Assembly: GCA_017460085.1 (NCBI GenBank)
Contig: JAFUBQ010000003.1
Span: forward strand, 187,142-251,141
Source of the DNA: Alphaproteobacteria bacterium
Lineage (GTDB): Bacteria; Pseudomonadota; Alphaproteobacteria; RF32; CAG-239
Length of the DNA: 64,000 bases
Direction: 5' to 3'
Positions 60,572-64,000 of this stretch are shown here, one piece after another. Both the position numbers and the translations under genes were made by a program. Positions within the stretch are counted from its first letter, which is position 1. Every line of letters begins with the position of its first letter. The notes below the pieces were generated by a model, which was not told the DNA's origin, ran no database searches, and was given only the letters and a program-made list of their open reading frames with translations.

Positions 60572-61813
60572 ATGAGCGAGTTACAGGAAAAAAGAGATTA
60601 TTATCCGGATAGGTCACTGAAATCAGTGTATTTTGTAGATGAGCAAGGAAGAAAACAAGGTAATTTAAGAAAATATAAAGAAAATTCTTCAGAACCTGAA
60701 TATATAGAAACTTACGTTGATAATAAAAGAACAAAAATAGCTTATGCCAATGGGGAATATGAAACATTTGATGAAAATGGCAATATCTTGCATAAAAAAC
60801 GTGTGGAAAGTTTCAGTTTCTTTGAAACAGGTAAAAAAATAATTACTGATATGTCATATAAAGATGAAAAAGAATGGACTGGGACTAAAGAAAAAGTAAA
60901 ATTGTCAGGATCGATGCTTTGGCCTGTATCTCACGAAAAATTTGAGTTACTTGAAGGCAAAATGCATGGTGAGTATAAATATTACTCAGTAGATAATGAA
61001 AAATATTCAGAAACAGCACATTTTGATAATGGTATTTTGCATGGATCGTATAACTGCGGTAGATTTCCGCCTAAGTTCTTAAATTTGGAAAAATTGGGGG
61101 TTAATTTAAGTAAAATACCTCAACTTTGCAAGAAACAGGGACATCACGGTATGTATTTCAGTGGTTGGGGTGTTATAAATGGTTATTTTGATAAAGGAAT
61201 TTTTAATGGAGAAGTTCGAGTTGGAGCAAATTGTGAAAGCAGAAGAAGTGTTGATAGTAAGGAAATAACTTATAAAATTATAGATAATCAATTAGCAGAA
61301 ATAAAATACAAGGGTAATACAATCAGAAAATACGACCAAGGAAATGAAATTTATAGACTGACAAAGAATGAAGAAATAAATCAACCACTAAATGGTCAAT
61401 GCTTTAAGAAAAAAAGATGGTTTGAAGAAATAAATTACCCAAGAGGATGGAAAGATACAATCTTAGAAGAATGGGAGCAAAAAGACGGTAAAAAGCATGG
61501 CTCTGCTAAAAAATATAATGAAAAAGGTTGGTTGGAAGTAGAAGCACAATATAAAAATGGTTTAAAACACGGATATGAAACCAAATATAACAGTGATGGA
61601 ACGATTGCTTCGCAGAAATATTACGAAAACGGCGTGAATTGCACAATGGTGCATAAGGCCTTGAAAAAGGTGTGGAACAAAGTAGCCTCTAAGCGGATTG
61701 AGAAAGAAAAAGCCATTGAGGCCAAAACCGGCGTTAAAACGCGTTTGCCGAAGATGAGTAAAGGCGCTAAAATTGCCGCTATGGTCAAGGAAAGCATCGG
61801 GCTGTCAAAGTAA
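60572..61813 (+). CDS. MORN-variant repeat protein (YwqK-like 'antitoxin/immunity' family), low GC, probably foreign
   Basis: Repeated G-x-(K/L)HG-x-(Y/E)-x-x-Y-x-(N/D)G units. Body is about 32% GC with AGA/ATA/GGA codons; the last 60 codons or so are about 48% GC. Confidence 0.55.
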   Translation: MSELQEKRDYYPDRSLKSVYFVDEQGRKQGNLRKYKENSSEPEYIETYVDNKRTKIAYANGEYETFDENGNILHKKRVESFSFFETGKKIITDMSYKDEKEWTGTKEKVKLSGSMLWPVSHEKFELLEGKMHGEYKYYSVDNEKYSETAHFDNGILHGSYNCGRFPPKFLNLEKLGVNLSKIPQLCKKQGHHGMYFSGWGVINGYFDKGIFNGEVRVGANCESRRSVDSKEITYKIIDNQLAEIKYKGNTIRKYDQGNEIYRLTKNEEINQPLNGQCFKKKRWFEEINYPRGWKDTILEEWEQKDGKKHGSAKKYNEKGWLEVEAQYKNGLKHGYETKYNSDGTIASQKYYENGVNCTMVHKALKKVWNKVASKRIEKEKAIEAKTGVKTRLPKMSKGAKIAAMVKESIGLSK

Positions 61814-61837
61814 TAAAATTCACTTCGCGCAATAACC

Positions 61838-61866
61838 CAAAAAAGAAAGCCTGTATAATAACAGGC
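61838..61866. terminator. Bidirectional intrinsic terminator between the MORN gene and parE
   Basis: GAAAGCCTGT-ATAATA-ACAGGCTTTC flanked by A-runs and T-runs. Confidence 0.7.
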
Positions 61867-61873
61867 TTTCTTC

Positions 61874-63901
61874 TTAAATATCCAAATTATCCACGAACTT
61901 GGCGCGTTCGATGATGAACTTAAAGCGCTGCTCAGGGTCTTTTCCCATTAAACGTTCCACCTGCCGGCGGGTTTCAAAATCTTCCGCCCTGCCTTCGTCG
62001 GTTGAGGTGTTCGGAATCATCACCCGCAGCAAAATACGGTTGTTTTTATCCATAGTTGTTTCTTTAAGCTGCGTTGGGCTCATCTCGCCTAAACCTTTGA
62101 ATCGGCTGATATCCGGTTTAGTGTTGCCCTTAACGACTTTAGCTAAAATCTTGTCTTTTTCTTCGTCATCAAGCGCGTAATAGTTCTTACCGCCCGCCAC
62201 AATTTTATACAGCGGCGGCGTAGCAATATACAAATGCCCGTTTTCTATCAGCTTTGGCATATGTTGATAGAAAAATGTCATCAACAGCGAGGTAATGTGT
62301 GCGCCGTCAACATCGGCATCGGTCATGATGATAATCTTTTCATAGCGCAGATTGTCTTCTTTATAATCGTCTTTAACACCGCAACCGAGCGCCTCTATCA
62401 TATCTTTAATTTCCTGATTTTGCCCGATGCGTTCCACCGAAGCACTGGCAACGTTCAAAATTTTGCCGCGCAAAGGCAAAATGGCCTGCGTTACGCGGTC
62501 ACGCCCCTGTTTGGCTGAACCGCCGGCAGAATCACCCTCAACAATAAAAATTTCCGTATCTTCGGCAGCTGCCTGCGAACAATCGGCTAATTTCCCCGGC
62601 AAGCGTAATCGCTTAGTCGGGCTTTTACGCGCCTGCGCTTTTTCTTCTTTTTTCTTTTTACGCGCTTCGGCACGGTCAATAACATATTCCACCAAAGCTT
62701 TGGCATTTTCTACATCGCTGGAAAGCCAGTGGTCAAATGAATCTTTTACCGCTGTTTCTACCAATTTAATGGCCTTAGTTGATGTCAGTTTATCTTTGGT
62801 TTGTCCTTGAAATTGCGGGTCTGTAATAAACACTGAAAGCATCAGGCACGCATCGCTCAAAAAATCTTCCGCCGTGGCATTGGCAATTTTTTTATAACCG
62901 GCCATATCGCCATATTCTTTTAAGCCGCGCAATAATGCTGAGCGAAAACCGGCTTCATGCGTGCCGCCGGCAGGGGTAATCACTGTGTTGCAATAAGAAT
63001 ATGCAAAGCCGTTTTCATCAACCGGCCATGTAATTGCCCATTCTACCCGTCCTTCATTATTAGCCATTTCTTGTTCGCCGGTGAATGGCGTGCGGTTAAT
63101 GGTGCTGCGTTCGCCAAGCTGCAAATTCAAAAAGTCTGCCACACCGTTCGGAAAGTTCAGCTCATCATTAAGCGGCGTGGAATCGCCTTCGCTAATCAGT
63201 TCTGCCGCGCAGTTCCAATTTATTTTTACCCCCTTGAACAAAAAGGCTTTAGAACGCGCCATGCGATATACACGGTTTGGAACAAAGGTGCTGTTGCCTT
63301 CAAAAATTTCAGCATCTGGTTTGAATGTAATCGAAGTGCCGCGGCGGTTTGGACAATTACCGATAAATTCCAGCTTGGTTAGCGGTTTGCCGCGTGAATA
63401 TTCTTGCCGATAGAGTTTTTTATCACGCGCCACTTCGACAACCAGTTTTTCTGCCAAAGCATTAACCACCGAAAGGCCTACACCGTGCAGACCGCCGGAA
63501 ACTTTATATGCTCCGCCGCCGAATTTGCCGCCGGAATGAAGCGTGGTTAAAATGACCTCAAGGGCAGAAGTCCCCGGATATTTCGGGTGTTCATCAATTG
63601 GAATACCGCGGCCGTTATCGGTAATGGTAACCGTGCCGTCTGCATTCATGGTCACATCAATATGGTTGGCATAGCCTGCAACCGCTTCGTCCATGGAATT
63701 ATCCAATATTTCAGCCACCAAATGGTGCATTGCCTGAATATCGGTGCCGCCGATATACATACCCGGCCGATGCCGCACCGGCTCTAGGCCTTCAAGCACT
63801 TCAATATCTCGCGCCGAATATTCAGCCTTTGCGCTGATTGACGATGTATTGTTCACGGGTTCAAATAAATCTTCTGCCATAGCTGCCTCAAAATGTTTCA
63901 A
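61874..63901 (-). CDS. parE: DNA topoisomerase IV subunit B
   Basis: 675 aa. GHKL ATPase, TOPRIM (EGDSAGG), and no GyrB-type insertion. Confidence 0.85.
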   Translation of the reverse strand: MKHFEAAMAEDLFEPVNNTSSISAKAEYSARDIEVLEGLEPVRHRPGMYIGGTDIQAMHHLVAEILDNSMDEAVAGYANHIDVTMNADGTVTITDNGRGIPIDEHPKYPGTSALEVILTTLHSGGKFGGGAYKVSGGLHGVGLSVVNALAEKLVVEVARDKKLYRQEYSRGKPLTKLEFIGNCPNRRGTSITFKPDAEIFEGNSTFVPNRVYRMARSKAFLFKGVKINWNCAAELISEGDSTPLNDELNFPNGVADFLNLQLGERSTINRTPFTGEQEMANNEGRVEWAITWPVDENGFAYSYCNTVITPAGGTHEAGFRSALLRGLKEYGDMAGYKKIANATAEDFLSDACLMLSVFITDPQFQGQTKDKLTSTKAIKLVETAVKDSFDHWLSSDVENAKALVEYVIDRAEARKKKKEEKAQARKSPTKRLRLPGKLADCSQAAAEDTEIFIVEGDSAGGSAKQGRDRVTQAILPLRGKILNVASASVERIGQNQEIKDMIEALGCGVKDDYKEDNLRYEKIIIMTDADVDGAHITSLLMTFFYQHMPKLIENGHLYIATPPLYKIVAGGKNYYALDDEEKDKILAKVVKGNTKPDISRFKGLGEMSPTQLKETTMDKNNRILLRVMIPNTSTDEGRAEDFETRRQVERLMGKDPEQRFKFIIERAKFVDNLDI

Positions 63902-64000
63902 AATTAGTGTTAAAATATCGGTTTTACTTCATAATAACAAGCAAAAACCCCGATTCATAAACAATAATTTTGTGAAAATGATGTCATAAAAATTTAACAC

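Overview
This 64-kb window is a chromosomal segment of a moderately AT-rich bacterium (about 40% GC), most likely a host-associated alphaproteobacterium. That inference rests on a DksA lacking the Cys4 zinc finger, a GAAC-N7-GAAC direct-repeat SOS box in front of lexA, an IalB-like gene, tandem Skp/OmpH genes, and the gene order around spoT/rpoZ and deoA/cdd.

Most of the window is densely packed housekeeping genes: maf, an rng-like RNase, yacG, an Mla/MCE lipid transporter, lexA, pssA-psd, tRNA-Leu(UAA), fabD-fabG, acpS, spoT, rpoZ, a xer recombinase, rpmG, deoA/PNP/cdd, galU, trkH, metG, groESL, tadA, rsmD, tatA-tatC, xth, nagZ, tgt, rlmN, trxA and parE. One tRNA is present. No rRNA, CRISPR array, transposase or prophage gene was seen.

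Several loci are not explained by housekeeping:
1. A DUF805/pilin-like fusion protein overlaps an unusual six-cluster membrane polyferredoxin, and tatA-tatC follows directly (37.8-41.3 kb).
2. A small higher-GC ORFan has a consensus sigma70 promoter and its own terminator (41.3-41.7 kb).
3. A ParA/MinD-like ATPase with a degenerate P-loop is translationally coupled to a J-domain/TM/SH3 protein (51.1-53.0 kb).
4. A low-GC island carries a MORN/YwqK-like gene with foreign codon usage and a small hydrophobic ORF (60.1-61.8 kb).
5. A 1394-aa AsmA-family protein has a roughly 400-aa coiled-coil tail.
6. A membrane protein is co-transcribed downstream of lexA behind an SOS box.
7. Two distant paralogous membrane proteins of unknown function share a conserved motif.

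rpmG (L33, 55 aa) was absent from the supplied ORF track and was identified by hand translation. All calls are from reading the sequence; no database searches were run.
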